Of a DNA stretch of 64,000 nucleotides, positions 29,238 to 41,811 are shown one piece after another (the first letter of the stretch is position 1; every line of letters starts with the position of its first letter). Location: contig ADNK01001083.1 in the NCBI GenBank assembly GCA_000320545.1, positions 1 to 64,000 of the forward strand. Direction: 5' to 3'. The translations under genes were made by a program, and so were the position numbers. The notes beneath the pieces were generated by a model that saw only the letters and a program-made list of their open reading frames with translations, did no database searches and was not told where the DNA came from. This stretch comes from Bigelowiella natans CCMP2755. Its lineage: Eukaryota > Protista > Cercozoa.

Positions 29238-29286
29238 AACCAGTTTCCCAGAGGTTGTGAACTCCTTCCGTGTTGGATAGAACCAG
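29207..29286 (+). repeat. Tandem duplication, 43-bp period, 37 bp identical, spanning the PsbP stop codon
   Basis: AGAGGTTGTGAACTCCTTCCGTGTTGGATAGAACCAG at 29207-29243 and 29250-29286. Confidence 0.95.
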
Positions 29287-30200
29287 ATTCCGAGATCAAG
29301 TAATGATTTCATTCTTTCGCAGTTTACATGTATTATTCATACCAAGTCGTTTTGCATTGGATACACATGGTCTACTTTATTGTAAAGTGTGATTTGATGC
29401 AAATAACATGCAAAGCCGCACTGTGCTTGGAGCTGATTCTTTTGACATTTTTACTGATATCACCAAAGCGCAATGTGTATTGTTCGATATTTCGTGATTT
29501 ATAATGGCCAAAATCTACATGCGTAGCCGACAATATGAGACGGATGTAATGAAACGATTAAACACTTTCAGTGGTCATCCTAATGCATGTAGCTCTGCAA
29601 AGCAGCGGCTACAGCACTTAGCAGGTTGTATCTGATTGTTTCTCTTGTCGTCATGTATTATATGTGCTTCATGCATTTGATGGCATACTAGCATCAAGGC
29701 ATACTTATTTGCAATATAAATCTCACAAATGGCAATAAGAAGATAACTAGATGTAGGATCCGAAATATTGTCATGACATAAAATAGTTCAACAATGTCCA
29801 AATAGATATCTACTAGATCTAGACATTATAATATGCAAAGCTGCTATCACTTATTTATTAGCGCATTGTGAATCACTAGATCCTAATGCAGCAACATGCC
29901 ATGTGACGCTAGCACAGTGTGCTCGTCATATGTTTGCGCAAAAGCAGACGTGAATGCGGGCAGCACAAACAGAAGATGAATGACTGCTTGGAGCGCTACA
30001 ACTCACAAAGGCTTTGGCATAGCTAGATAGCTCACGCACGTCGCACACGCTTGTGCGGCACGAATTACAATTCCTCTTTTTAAGTGTATACGAATCTCGC
30101 TTAAAACGAAACACTGATAGCAGAAAGTTTATCACCGAAACTAAAATGACTGCACACACCAACCGCATAGTTTTTACAAGCAAGTAGGAGTATCATTCTA

Positions 30201-30806
30201 TCATGAGATCGCAAATGCAACTGCGGTGTGATCATCCCCACCAGCAACAATCCAATTACCTTTCCCCTTGATGCATAGCACACACGCGGAGATTCTAATT
30301 AAAAAAAACAGAAAAACATAACATATAAACCTACGATCACATACAATTACCTCATATGATTATGCAGAAGTAGAGTGAATCTACTGAAGATCCATACCCG
30401 TTAAGTTCCTTGAGACACGCAGCATCATCAATACCCCAAACACGAGTCAACCCATCGCTGCATCCCTTTTCAATGGAGAAATACAACCAGTTATATTGCT
30501 TAAGTTGTTTATTGCCAACTTTCCCTTCTCTCGGTCGTTTGAGGCACTGATTTCACATCGTGTTTTGGTGGAAATGACTTACAGTAAACAGCAGGTTCCG
30601 CACTCGTTCGCCATCCGAAGCTCGGCTATTCACAGAAAAGGATTTCAGCTTTCGTGCATTAACTTTTTGGTACCTTCTGTCCCCTCTCTTCTTGCCAAAT
30701 GCACAGAACGAATGAAACAGGCGCACGCACTCTTTTGATCGCTCATCGGTAGATTAGTCAGTAATTATGGATTCTTAGGGATTTGCGTTTGATAGTAGTA
30801 AGTAGC

Positions 30807-30837
<31 letters not shown>

Positions 30838-33037
30838 ATAGTTGTTGTTGTTGTTGTCTGTAATGTGTGGAAGTAACTAGGTTAGTCCGCATGTGACAGC
30901 TTCAGGATGCCTAAGTAGCATCAATAGAACCGAAACAACCCACCAAGAAAACGCTCGATGTTAATGAAAATGAATAAATTCCTAGCATTGCATATTAAAG
31001 CCTTTAAATCCGTTCAATTCGTTCGAAAACATCATCGGCGACATGTTAGCTACGATGCTCTCCTACCGATATTCTCCACACACGAAGTGTTCTTGGATAT
31101 CATAGACCCTTGCAATTCTTATACAGTTTAGCATGTAAATGTAAAACAATTAGGAGGACGGTGATGAGGCACAAGCAGCTCCTGAAATCTAACGATTACT
31201 ACAATTTCTCACGATATTGAGAGGTAGCTACACATAGTTATTTAACATCCTCGTGTTTGTCGTAGGGCTGTGGTGCAGACCCATCAGTCCCTCCAGTCGC
31301 CACACTAAAATAACGAGAGAAAAGATCTCTTAAATAACCCATTCTGATGGTAGGATTCGTTGAATAGAATGGAGACCATCTTCACAAGAATCCTGCATAT
31401 CACTATCGTTTCTCGTATTGTCGCATTACACGTTACAGCCTTCGTCGACGAAATCCAGCAATTCTACCGACCCATTGTGGCTAGCATTGGAGAAGAAATT
31501 CGGAAGATGTAGTCTCATCAGCGCAGATGAGAACATCGGCATATGGTGACACGGTGCGTCAACTACCTCGGCATCCGACCCAGCACATCTCCCGTGTTGG
31601 CATTGCAAAGAAAAACATTCCCGTTCTGCGAAGAAGGAGAGGGGGGGGGGGGGAGAGCAAACACTCCTAGGCTAAAAATCTAATTGTATTGGTTGCAGAA
31701 CGCTTAAAATGCATTTATTTCCATATTATGATCGTTTTGATAAAGAAAGTGCTAAAGGCTTGGGAATTGATACTTTTGTGCCTGTTTTTCGAACGAGCGA
31801 TGATGACACTACTGCAGGTATTTAAAATCACGATGTTCTCGCACCTTTGATCCAACTAGAAACACGTTCTCGCCGTTATGGCATCTTAGGCAAGTTACCT
31901 CGTCCATGGCAAAGCTACGGAGCAGGCAAACGAAAGAGAAGAGAGCTCTTAACTATTCAACCCACAATTCCTCGCTTGAGAACCAACCAAGCTACCATTT
32001 ATGGAATGCAGAGAGAATATATAGCAACATGACGACGAAACATATCTAGATTTTGGACCACGAAATCCATCATCTTGTTAAGAGGTGGCGCATGCCATTC
32101 CTGCAGATAATTCATAAATGATACCCAAAATGTAGCAACGAGGGCCGTTTTCCCGCCCCGACAGCGTTTGAGAACCTAAATGATATGCAGAGAGCACCAC
32201 ACTCTTTGCTACTACTCAAATGAATCTCGACTAAGATGGGACCAAAGTGGTAAATCCTGCACGAGTGCACCGACCCCCTCCCCTCCCCACGTGCGAGCAT
32301 GCCCTTTTGCGATGTCCCAATCTTTGTGCATTGCTACCGATGTAATATTTGAACGGATCTTGGACTCCAGACGAGCACTTCGCCGTTTGCATATCCGCCG
32401 ATCAAAAAGCGGCCGTCTGATGACCTTTGAACACACATGCAAGCAAACCGAAATCGTGGTCATTTAATCACAGTGTGGATCTTTGTGCAGTGCTGTAAAA
32501 GAACTCGGATTTCTTCCGCGCCATCATAGTTGAATATGTCTTATAATTCCCTTCTTCTCTCCTTCAGCGTTTGCTATTGTAGATGGAAACGACTCGTAGC
32601 GTGAGAGGACGTACCATCCTCCTGTAGTTGACCCTGCAGACCCTGGCAAAATGGACACGCATTCTCCCTGCGATGATAGTACCAACACAATTCTAATCGG
32701 TTTCTGATTGATAAACATTGCGCAAGAAGAGAGACATCGAGCTTTGCTAGTGTGTTATTCGAAATGCCGTTAACCGAAGAAAACCAACCCAAGATTGTGA
32801 GTTTTGGCTGATATTATGAATCGAAGATGTAGGAATCTGCACCATCTAAGTTTTCGTGGTGACGAATAATGTGCTTTGATATGACTCGATCACACACCAC
32901 CTTGCGTGCGTCCCACAGCCAAATGTTACCATCAATATCCCCAACAGCCAAAAAATACCCTGCGTTTCATAGAGCACATGTTGGGTTCTCAGGATCAGGA
33001 TACGAAATACAATAAACAATAATTTTACAAAGAGAAA

Positions 33038-33102
<65 letters not shown>

Positions 33103-35048
33103 TTGTGCGTTAGTGCTGGACAATGCTACATCTAATATCATTCTCATGCTTCCAGAATTTTCTCGGGGCATATGTACGTCTCCACTCTCTCATCTGTGCA
33201 ATCAACATGTATATGCGAGGAGGTGATGCTTTCTATGACCTTTGGGGTGCCACGAAAGCCAGTTTATCTCCGCCATCCCTGTCAGCATCCTTGTTGTTGT
33301 TGATGGTGATAATGATGATGATGACGGTGATGATAGAGGAAGGCCTTGAGGCGGGGGAAATGCCTTCATATTGTGGAGAAATAGTGCCTTAGTAGGACGA
33401 ATGGTGATGATGGATGGAATCTGTGACCTTATTCTTCAAGGAGCCTCGCTCCTGTTTCGCATCATCATTATCATCATTCTCTCCATCGTCTTCTAACGAT
33501 GGTGTACATGCGACAAGTCCGGTCATTTGCCTGTTATATGATATGATGGCGACCCATTATGTTATTGCTGCAGACCTTAGCTGTGCTACTCAAGGTAACA
33601 TTTGCCCCCGAGAATTGTGTTATACTCTTCAGGGAAATTCGATATTTTTTTTAACTAATCGCTTGCATGGAGAATTATGCATTTTGTAAATGCGGCCAAA
33701 TAAAGTAATGCGACAATGTGCACAGATAAACGTGTCCACTAGTACGTTCCGAAAGAGCACAAAATGCAGATCTACACAATATGCACTAATGTTTATTTTA
33801 CTTTCAAACAACAATACTTGTGATATCATTGTTCTACAACGATCTACTAATGTGGGGCGAGCAACCGTATTTGCAGCGTTCCATCCATGGCAGCACTTGC
33901 TAAGTATTCGCCTAATCAATGCATTCTTTGGCATCAGAAAGCTGAAAGCTTGTTTTGTATTAAAGACACAATAAGCAACTTAGAGAGCACACGATAATAC
34001 CATCGAAGGAGAATCCGCATGAGATCACTGCAGGATAACAAAAACAATTGAGAAAGCAAGAGCAAATCCATCGCAAGAATAAATCAAACTCGCATCGATT
34101 ATGATCAACGAATGCAATAAGATCCTTGGCTTTTCGTCCAGATCAGGGCAAGCGCAAGGAAATCACACACTCCTTGGCACCTCAAAATCGACGGAGCTAT
34201 TACTTTATCATAGGGCACACATTGCTACCGCAAGCTTACTACCGGTGTCGTTGTGGCCAGATTCGTGGAAATACTGTGTGCCTACAAGATGTAAAGCCAA
34301 TCAAAAAGTTAATAAAAGCTCGCGATAAGAACGAAGCTCAAAACATGGAATGATTTCGCCGTGCGGTGAACCAACGTATATGCTTATCCGGGTGTTTTAT
34401 TTGTTTATGTTTATGCTCTCGTTTGAAGCTGAACCTGTGAGTGAATTCCAGATCTTTACCTTTTGACATATATCACACACATACACACGCACAAACCTGA
34501 TTCAGAAAATTGAGCCCATTCACTCATTGAAAGCGGTGTATATTAAGTAAATACGAAACGACATTGGCATGTATTGGAACAGGCATCATCGAAGTTTTAA
34601 CTCAAGGAGAATACATTCATAAATCTACAGGAAACATTTGGGAGATCTTTGAGAACAAAAGCTCGTGTTCTGTTAGTAATAATGCACGGGATGTAGTAGA
34701 GGAGAGCACCTACCACCCATTGACTATAATACCGATTCGTGCTTATATTCGTGTTACTCTTATGATATCATCTATTACTTGATTGCTTTCATCTCCGGAT
34801 GCAATGATTCTTGCTTTGAGCTGGGGCGCAGATGCAGAAGCACGCACTTCCTGACTCTGCTCGCCTCTTGCTTCATCTCGTATGCCGATGCATTTCCCAA
34901 TTGCAATGGAATGAACGGGCTTCATATGGAACATTCTAATACGACAACCATCAGGCATCTAGATCTCTCCCTATCTACTTTTCTGATCATAACGTGATTC
35001 ATATTTTTGTGTGCATATATGATAACTATATACATGTATATGATGTAT

Positions 35049-35093
<45 letters not shown>

Positions 35094-35341
35094 GTTTTCC
35101 AACGTATTCACGTAAGCACCTTGAAATTGCATCGTCAGTATCATTTAGGTTAAATTCTTTTCGAAACATTAAATCGTTAAGTTTTGGCTTTATGCCCGTT
35201 AGTAAAATTGATCCGAATATGACAGCATAATGAAAGTTTGATATTAGAAGTTATTGCCATTAGACCTTTGTGCGGAAGGACTGAATCGTATTCTTCTGTG
35301 CCTACCAGAGATTAAGCGCATAAATACACAAACACACCCTC

Positions 35342-35391
<50 letters not shown>

Positions 35392-35986
35392 GCACACACA
35401 CACACACACAAAAACTCATACACACACAAGACAAACAGTCCTCCCTCCTCCCTCCCTTCCCCTGTCTCTATAATGTATATTTGTTGTATTATTGGCGGGG
35501 GGGCGAGTACTTTCATTCTCCTCCTCGAAACATGATATCGATGATTCCACTTCCATATCCTCTGATTTGCACGTCGTATTTCAAGCAGCTTCAAACGCAA
35601 TGTAAACTCTCGTGCGAAGTATCGGCTAAGAAGCTTTTTCAGTCGAAGACAGGCAACGAAATAAACCATATATTTGCGGTAAAACTACGCAGGAAAGTGT
35701 GCTTGGGTCTCGCATTGCTGTCGGTAATCGTCCGTCATATTCTCCAATAGTAATTGTAAATGCGATTATTTCTTCCATAACCGTTTGTCACCTTGCTCTC
35801 CCCCTCCTCTTTCTCCTCCTCCTCCTCTTTCTCCTTCTTGGTAGTCTTCGTCCTCCTCAACGGTGACCATATCGCTTTCGGAGAATCTAGAACCTTTATA
35901 TCAAGTATAAAAGCAAACCAAGTGGATTGTAGACCAGATAAGGTAGGAGCCACTGCGTGTACCATTTGTCAATTTCTCGACATGCG

Positions 35987-36065
<79 letters not shown>

Positions 36066-36438
36066 GTATCATCGCGTACACCTTCAATAGCCTTGTCCAG
36101 GCCAACGACCTAATAGATGCATCATAATATCAACCAGACTTCATAGTAAGAGTGTATTTTACCTTTCCCCCTCTCAGTTTATGTATGAACATGACCGGCC
36201 CTAGTCTCCTCATTGGAACGTGGCTTCGTGCTACTACTCCTGAAACGCTCCTGGATATTGTTCTTCTGAGGGGTTCCGCACATCGCCGAACCTGTCATCG
36301 TGAAACGAATTTGACATACTACACTTCGAAAAAAAAAGCCTGAACTCTATAGAGACCTACCAGGCTAACGGCGAGGATTGCTATGCAAAGCAATGGGGCT
36401 GATCCCGTGCGTTCCGAACGCTTCCGAATGCATGCCAT
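30201..36438 (-). CDS. WD40-repeat protein resembling Sqt1/AAMP (uL16/Rpl10 chaperone), with N-terminal signal peptide and extension
   Basis: Exons: IIASGDESNQVKIWNSLTG, HESGHNDTVISCGFSFDGEYLASAAMDGTLQI, AEINWLSWHPKGYFLAVGDIDGNIWLWDARK, WSSDGRFLIGGYANGEVLVWSP, HNGSVELLDF, GCSDGLTRVWG, WIVAGGDDHTAVAFAIS*. An acidic region precedes the repeats. Leader MACIRKRSERTGSAPLLCIAILAVSL. Confidence 0.78.
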
Positions 36439-36901
36439 TGCGCAGGACAACGTAAACACAGAGGACAGGTGGGTTGGGTAGACGGGTGCTCGGACCGATA
36501 TTGTTCTCAATATTTACATATTCCCCCTCCCCCGCTTAAGGCTAGACTGGATCCAGGCAATCTTGTGATGATCGTTCCCAGCCTGGGACGGGGCAGCTCT
36601 CCCCATTTTTTTCCGATATACCTGCGATATTGGTAAATAGAGGGCAATTCACGAATACGACTGGCCGAAATCCAGTCTCCAGTTTAAAGAAAACACGATC
36701 CTAGCTACTCGCAGCTTCTAGTTTTTGCCCAATATTTTGCAAGTCTTTTACGAAAATTGCCCGTAGTAGGGTGACAAATGGGAATTTTAACACGGAAAAG
36801 ATGCAATCTTACAGATCTCGCAATCTTTCTTACGCAGTCGTCCCCCGCACATTGCCATTGTCCCCCCCCATCGTCACAGTGATTGCAGAAACAGTTGAAC
36901 A

Positions 36902-39900
36902 ATGTCTGACATCTTCGAAGCAGCAAAGAACAACGATGTCGCTGGTCTAAAGCGTTTAATTGAGCAAAAGGCAAACATCGAGGCGAAGGACAAAAACGGT
37001 AGGTAGCAGTTGCAGTATTGCTAGCGTGTTTAGGCAGCATTTGCAGTGTTGGGTGGGTGATGGTAATTGTTGTTGGTAGCAGTAGTGATATTGGTATTAT
37101 AAATAGTTTTAAGTAGTGGGTAAGAAGAGTAGTAGTTGTATCAGCATTGAGTAGTGAGTAGCAGGGACTGGTACACTGGGCATTGATATTAGTAGGGATA
37201 GTAATATTAATTTTACAAAAATTAATTGGATGTTGGTTTGAGGATGATAATTGATATTGCATACAAGTGTAATTGTTGTTATTGCATCTAAAATGGGGTC
37301 GATTACCACCAGGTTGGACGCCGTTGAATTCGGGTTCTTATAGTGGTCATTTGGAGACCGTCAAGTACCTGGTTGGTATGAAGGCAAACATCGAGGCGAA
37401 GAACGAAAACGGTAGGTAGCTGCTGCAGTATTGCTAGCGTGTTTAGGCAGTATTTACAGTGTTGGGTGGGTGGTGGTAATTGTTGTTGGTAGCAGTAGTG
37501 ATATTGGTATTATAAATAGTTTCGAGTAGTGGGTAAGAAGAGTAGTAGTTGTATCAGCATTGAGTAGTGAGTAGCAGGGACTGGTACACTAGGCATTGAT
37601 ATTAGTAGGGATAGTAATATCAATTTTACAAAAATTAGTTGGTTGCTGGTTTGAGGATGATAATTGATATTGCATACAAGTGTAATTGTTGTTTTTGCAT
37701 CTACAATGGGGTCGATTACCACCAGGTTGGACACCGTTATATTCGGGTTCTAACAAAGGCCATTTGGAGATCGTCAAGTACCTGGTTGGTATGAAGGCAA
37801 ACATCGAGGCGAAGAACAAAAAAGGTAGGTAGCAGTTGCAATATTCCTAGCGTTTTTAGGCAGCATTTGTAGTGTTGGGTGGGTGATGGTAATTGTTGTT
37901 GGTAGTAGTAATGATATTGGTATTAGTAATAGTTTCGTGTAGTGAGTAAGAGGAGTAGTAGTTGTATCAGCATTGAGTAGTGAGTAACAGTGCTGGTACA
38001 CTGGGCATTGATATTAGTAGGGATAGTAATATCAATTTTACAAAAATTAGTTGGTTGCTGGTTTAAGGATGATTGTTGATATTGCATACAAGTGTAATTG
38101 TTGTTTTTGCATCTACAATGGGGTCGATTACCCACAGGTTTCACGCCGTTGAATTCGGGTTCTCGTAATGGTCATTTGGAAACCGTCAAGTACCTGGTTG
38201 GTATAAAGGCAAACATCGAGGCGAAGAACGAAATCGGTAGGTAGCTGCTGCAGTATTGCTAGCGTGTTTAGGCAGCATTTGTAGTGTTGGGTGGGTGATG
38301 GTAATTGTTGTTGGTAGCAGTAGTGATATTGGTATTTTGAATAGTTAGTAGTAGTGGGTAAGAGGAGTAGTAGTTGTATCAGCATTGAGTAGTGAGTAAC
38401 AGGGACTGGTACACTGGGCATTGATATTAGTAGGGATAGTAATATTAATTTTACAAAAATTAATTGGATGTTGGTTTGAGGATGATAATTGATATTGCAT
38501 ACAAGTGTAATTGTTGTTTTTGCGTCTACAATGGGGTCGATTACCCACAGGTTTGACGCCGTTGAATTCGGGTTCTTATAATGGCCATTTGGAAACCGTC
38601 AAGTACCTCGTTGGTATGAAGGCAAACATCGAGGCAAAGGACAAATACGGTGCGTAGCAGCTGCAGTATTGCTAGCGTGTTTAGGCAGTAGTGATATTGG
38701 TATTATAACTAGTTTTGAATAGTGAGTAAGAGGAGTAGTAGTTGTATCAGCGTTGAGTAGTAAGTAACAGGGACTGGTACACTGAGCATTAATATAAGTA
38801 GGGATAGTTTTATCAATTTTACAAAAATTAGTTGGTTGCTGGTTTGAGGATGATAATTGATATTGCATACAAGTGTAATTGTTGTTTTGGCGTCTACAAT
38901 GGGGTCGATTACCACCAGGTTGGACACCGTTATATTCGGGTTCTAACAAAGGCCATTTGGAGACCGTCAAGTACCTGGTTGGTATAAAGGCAAACATCGA
39001 GGCGAAGAACAAAAACGGTAGGTAGCAGCTGCAGTATTGCTAGCGTGTTTAGGCAGCATTTGCAGTGTTTGGTGGGTGATGGTAGCAGTAGTGATATTGG
39101 TATTATAAATAGTTTTAAGTAGTGGGTAAGAAGAGTAGTAGTTGTATCAGCGTTGAGTAGTGAGTAACAGGGACTGGTGCACTGGGCATTGATATTAGTA
39201 GGGATAGTAATATTAATTTTACAAAAATTAATTGGTTGCTGGTTTAAGGATGATTGTTGATATTGCATACAAGTGTAATTGTTGTTTTTGCATCTACAAT
39301 GGGGTCGATTACCCACAGGTTTCACGCCGTTGAATTCGGGTTCTTATAATGGCCATTTGGAGATCGTCAAGTACCTGGTTGGTATGAAGGCAAACATCGA
39401 GGCAAAGGATAAATACGGTGGGTAGCAGCTGCAGTATTGCTAGCGTGTTTAGACAGTAGTGATATTGGTATTATAACTAGTTTCGAATAGTGAGTAAGAG
39501 GAGTAGTAGTTGTATCAGCGTTGAGTAGTGAGTAGCAGGGACTGGTACACTGAGCATTAATATAAGTAGGGATAGTTTTATCAATTTTACAAAAATTAGT
39601 TGGTTGCTGGTTTGAGGATGATAATTGATATTGCATACAAGTGTAATTGTTGTTTTGGCGTCTACAATGGGGTCGATTACCACCAGGTTGGACACCGTTA
39701 TATTCGGGTTCTAACAAAGGCCATTTGGAGACCGTCAAGTACCTGGTTGGTATGAAGGCAAACATCGAGGCGAAGAACGAAAAAGGTAGGTAGCAGCTGC
39801 AGTATTGCTAGCGTGTTTAGGCAGCATTTGCAGTGTTTGGTGGGTGATGGTAGCAGTAGTGATATTGGTATTATAAATAGTTTTAAGTAGTGGGTAAGAA

Positions 39901-40695
39901 GAGTAGTAGTTGTATCAGCGTTGAGTAGTGAGTAACAGGGACTGGTGCACTGGGCATTGATATTAGTAGGGATAGTAATATTAATTTTACAAAAATTAAT
40001 TGGATGTTGGTTTGAGGATGATAATTGATATTGCATACAAGTGTAATTGTTGTTTTTGCATCTACAATGGGGTCGATTACCCACAGGTTTGACGCCGTTG
40101 AATTCGGGTTCTTATAATGGCCATTTGGAGACCGTCAAGTACCTGGTTGGTATGAAGGCAAACATCGAGGCGAAGGACAAAAACGGTAGGTGGCTGCTGC
40201 AGTATTGCTAGCGTGTTTAGGCGGTATTTGCAGTGTTGTGGGTGATGGTAATTGTTGTTGGTAGCAGTAGTGATATTGGTATTAGTAATAGTTTTGAGTA
40301 GAGAATAGTGAGAGATAGAAATATAAGTAGAGGTAGTAGATGTAGTTGTAGCAGAAGTAGTACCCAATGTTGTTTCGGATTGCTAGTAGTTTGGTCGAGT
40401 GTTTTGTGGGTGTAATTTTTGGATTTGTTGGGTTGATTTGTTGGCTAGTTGATTGTGGTTGACACTGCGGTTGTTGTGCCACGCAATCGTTAATTTAATT
40501 TTTGCACTAGGTCACAAAGCATTGCACTGGGCTAACCAGATGGGTCATGACGATGTCGTCAATTTTCTCCGCAATCTAGGCAATGTTGCAGAGATTCTGA
40601 AAATTCGTGATGAGGTTGACAAGAAGGCCAACACGACCGTCCCAGAGCACACACCCCCCGTTGAATCCGATTATGATGAGTTGAATCCTAGCTGA
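36902..40695 (+). CDS. Ankyrin-repeat protein (~357 aa): N-cap, 8 one-exon repeats, C-cap/tail
   Basis: Exons 36902-36998, 37313-37411, 37726-37824, 38138-38236, 38551-38649, 38919-39017, 39319-39417, 39687-39785, 40087-40185, 40511-40695. All introns GT-AG, phase 1. Internal exons are exactly 99 nt, e.g. GWTPLNSGSYSGHLETVKYLVGMKANIEAKNEN. No stops after splicing. Confidence 0.95.
36968..40290 (+). repeat. Tandem array of ~370-413 bp intron+exon units (8 full units plus a partial one)
   Basis: Introns of 314, 314, 313, 314, 269, 301, 269 and 301 nt are near-identical and end in ...AATGGGGTCGATTACC(AC/CA)CAG. The ninth intron shares only its first ~100 nt. Confidence 0.95.
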
Positions 40696-40942
40696 AGAGG
40701 GAAGATTTCGCACGATTTGTGCGGAGCGCAACCAGGCAATTTCCCTAGTGTGCTGAAGGGCTTCAATGTTGGAGACATTTTTTTCAAATGATCACAATGC
40801 ACTGGCATGCGTGCCACATGATGGACATGCAATGCATTGTGCATTGCTGTGTCTGTCATCCATGATGCGTGTGTTGATGTGTTGCAAACATTGTCCACGC
40901 ACAAGAGACGAGTGCAATGAAGTGATTGAGGTTGTCCAATTG

Positions 40943-40984
<42 letters not shown>

Positions 40985-41811
40985 AACACACGTGCACGTG
41001 CACGTGTGTTTGCGTGTGCACGTTCCATGCTAGCATGTGTGCTTTTGGAACGTGGCGCACGGAGCCTCAAGACTTTCCATGGACGTGCAGTGTTGCGCCT
41101 TTGGTTTGTGCACTCATCGCGTGTGTGGGAGATGACACGCTGTCATTGTCGTTGTTGTTGATTGTCTGAACTTGCTTGGCCTGCACGGCAGCAGGCATTG
41201 TGCGACGATGATGCGACGCAGCGTTGAAACCGTTCGCACGCACTGGTGCAGAACGGCCGCAGCCGGGCTCTTGTCCTTGAACACAAACTCGTCGTCGCTG
41301 AGGCAAGCTAGCAAGCTGCGTGCTTTGGAGTGCTGGAGTGGGTGACGCTGATCGGTCAGAGTGCCGCGGTGATGGACCTGCACAACTGCATCAAGTGTGC
41401 ATGGCAACGAATGGCATGAATTTTCAATTGAGGGTCATTGAGCACACACCTGCGCGCCCACGCGCGCTGCTTTTTGCGTGCGTGTGCTGAAACTTCGCAC
41501 GTCCATGAAGCTGATGTGCACACACCCTCACGAGCTCAGCAAAACTTGTGGCACGCAAGTGCAAGTGCGCTGGCGTGTTCAAAAGTGGTGAGAATGCTTT
41601 CAATTTTCGCCCGCTGGCAGGCGTTGAAAAGTGAGGTTTTCAAGCTGAAATTCGAAACAAAAATCAAACTTGAACCTCAAACAGGCTCCAGTGTGCTTCC
41701 AATGTCCAATTGCAACGATTGAGCGCGCCAGGCCGCACGCACAAAGCACAGTTTGTTCAAAACCCACTCGTTGCCGGGATTGACACAGTTGTGTGAGGCG
41801 CAAAAGTGGGA

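Noticed and set aside
36999-40186. Near-identical introns as introner elements, or the array as CRISPR-like
   Set aside because: The introns sit at the same position in duplicated exons and the 'spacers' are homologous coding exons; tandem duplication explains it. No TIR/TSD or cas genes.
36705-40482. Repeated minus-strand ORFs (MQYQLSSSNQ..., MSNLVVIDP...)
   Set aside because: Antisense shadows of the G/T-rich ankyrin introns; the + strand splices cleanly into ankyrin repeats.
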